NCBI GenBank assembly: GCA_943322985.2
Contig: CALPGA020000003.1
Span: 10,182-34,181, forward strand
Reading direction: 5' to 3'
Origin: Candidatus Finniella inopinata
GTDB taxonomy: Bacteria; Pseudomonadota; Alphaproteobacteria; Paracaedibacterales; CAITNM01
Length of the DNA: 24,000 nucleotides
The notes beneath the pieces are model-generated. The model searched no databases. It was given only the letters and a program-made list of their open reading frames with translations, and was not told the origin of the DNA. Below are positions 23,283 to 24,000 of this stretch, piece after piece; position 1 is the first letter of the stretch; every line of letters begins with the position of its first letter. Both the position numbers and the translations under genes were made by a program.

Positions 23283-24000
23283 TTACTCTTTTATAATCTT
23301 TTTAAAAAACTGAGTTTCAAGTTTATGAATATCTCCGTTTTTGATCATATCTCGTATTTTTTCATTGATAGGCTCAAGTAGAGAAGATCCCTTGGGCAAG
23401 GCTATTGAAAAAGAGATAACAGTTTCTTCTATTGGAATGATTTTTAAATTTGGGTTGATGCTTTGCAATTCATGTGCTTCTGAGTATCCCGTAACAATTG
23501 CTTGGCATTTTCCTTCATGTAATGCATCTAAAAGTTCAGAAAATTTTGAGCGCATTAGTAGCTTAACGTCTTTAAAATGGGTTTTTAGATCATTCACGTA
23601 AGTAGTTCCTGATTCCACTCCAACTGTCTTGTTAGATATGTCATCAAGATTGCGTATTGATGTTGCGAATGGGACAACGACTACAGTCATTGAACGATGA
23701 TATGGAATCGTGAAATCAACGTCTTTTTCACGTTCTGGAGTTTTTCCAATCGCAGCAATAGCTCCATCGACTTGTTTTTGTTTAACTGTTCTTAAAATTC
23801 CTTCAAAAGAGATATCATGAAAATGAACAGTTTTTTTCAAGCTTCCTGCAATAGTATTAATTATTTCAATTTCAAATCCAGCCAACTTGCCATGTTCGCT
23901 ATAAATATAGGGCGGATAATCACTAGAAACAGCAAAATTTAAAATTGAATCAGTATTTTTTTCTGGAGATTTTTCACAACCGACAAAAAACAAAAAACTT
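23283..24000 (-). CDS. Amino-acid ABC transporter substrate-binding protein (family 3 SBP, ArtJ/HisJ/GlnH-like). Probable lipoprotein, with the 5' end beyond the window.
   Basis: SSDYPPYIY...GKLAGFEIEIINTIA...DGAIAAIGKTPEREKDVDFTIPY is typical of SBP_bac_3. The reading frame stays open to position 24000 (..SFLFFVGC). FVGC looks like a lipobox, so the TTG start in the ORF track is probably internal to the signal peptide. Confidence 0.85.
   Translation of the reverse strand, partial: SFLFFVGCEKSPEKNTDSILNFAVSSDYPPYIYSEHGKLAGFEIEIINTIAGSLKKTVHFHDISFEGILRTVKQKQVDGAIAAIGKTPEREKDVDFTIPYHRSMTVVVVPFATSIRNLDDISNKTVGVESGTTYVNDLKTHFKDVKLLMRSKFSELLDALHEGKCQAIVTGYSEAHELQSINPNLKIIPIEETVISFSIALPKGSSLLEPINEKIRDMIKNGDIHKLETQFFKKIIKE

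Overview
This is an AT-rich window (roughly 35-40% GC by eye, not computed) that is very gene-dense. It holds about 22 protein genes and one tRNA, almost all on the minus strand, with most intergenic gaps under 60 nt. Several neighbouring genes overlap at their stop and start codons. The content looks like core chromosome of an alphaproteobacterium with a compact genome. A Rickettsiales/Holosporales-like endosymbiont is my inference only. It rests on gene order (rpsF-rpsR followed by a membrane-protein gene; Caulobacter-type fliF-fliG-fliH/flbE-fliN-flbD), a ProP-type MFS transporter, cyaY and the base composition.

Gene content from left to right:
- rpsF-rpsR, an MHS/ProP-like MFS transporter, and csaA.
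- pdxH, an unknown 150-aa protein, and class-Ib aspartate aminotransferase.
- On the plus strand, a yfcH-type epimerase and an Smr-domain protein.
- A tight minus-strand run: tRNA-Ala(GGC), SAM methyltransferase, cyaY, an ABCB-type exporter, and an eptA-like phosphoethanolamine transferase.
- recO on the plus strand.
- An 11.4 kb minus-strand run with no gap over 48 nt: fliF, fliG, fliH-like, fliN, a sigma-54 activator (flbD-like), flhA, an RND adaptor and an RND pump.
- A 5'-truncated amino-acid-binding lipoprotein gene at the right edge.

I found no CRISPR array, transposase or integrase, phage genes, toxin-antitoxin pair or recognisable defence genes. I cannot honestly point to a convincing new multi-gene system.

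The most checkable points of interest:
1. A set of four TTTGCCG/CGGCAAA half-sites forming two dyads just upstream of fliF. They may be an operator for the operon-encoded FlbD-like regulator, or simply a terminator.
2. The degenerate receiver domain of that regulator.
3. The RND efflux genes placed directly behind flhA.
4. A tRNA-Ala that the ORF track translates through, with the true methyltransferase start about 9 nt after the tRNA CCA end.
5. cyaY translationally coupled to an ABCB exporter that is itself followed by eptA.
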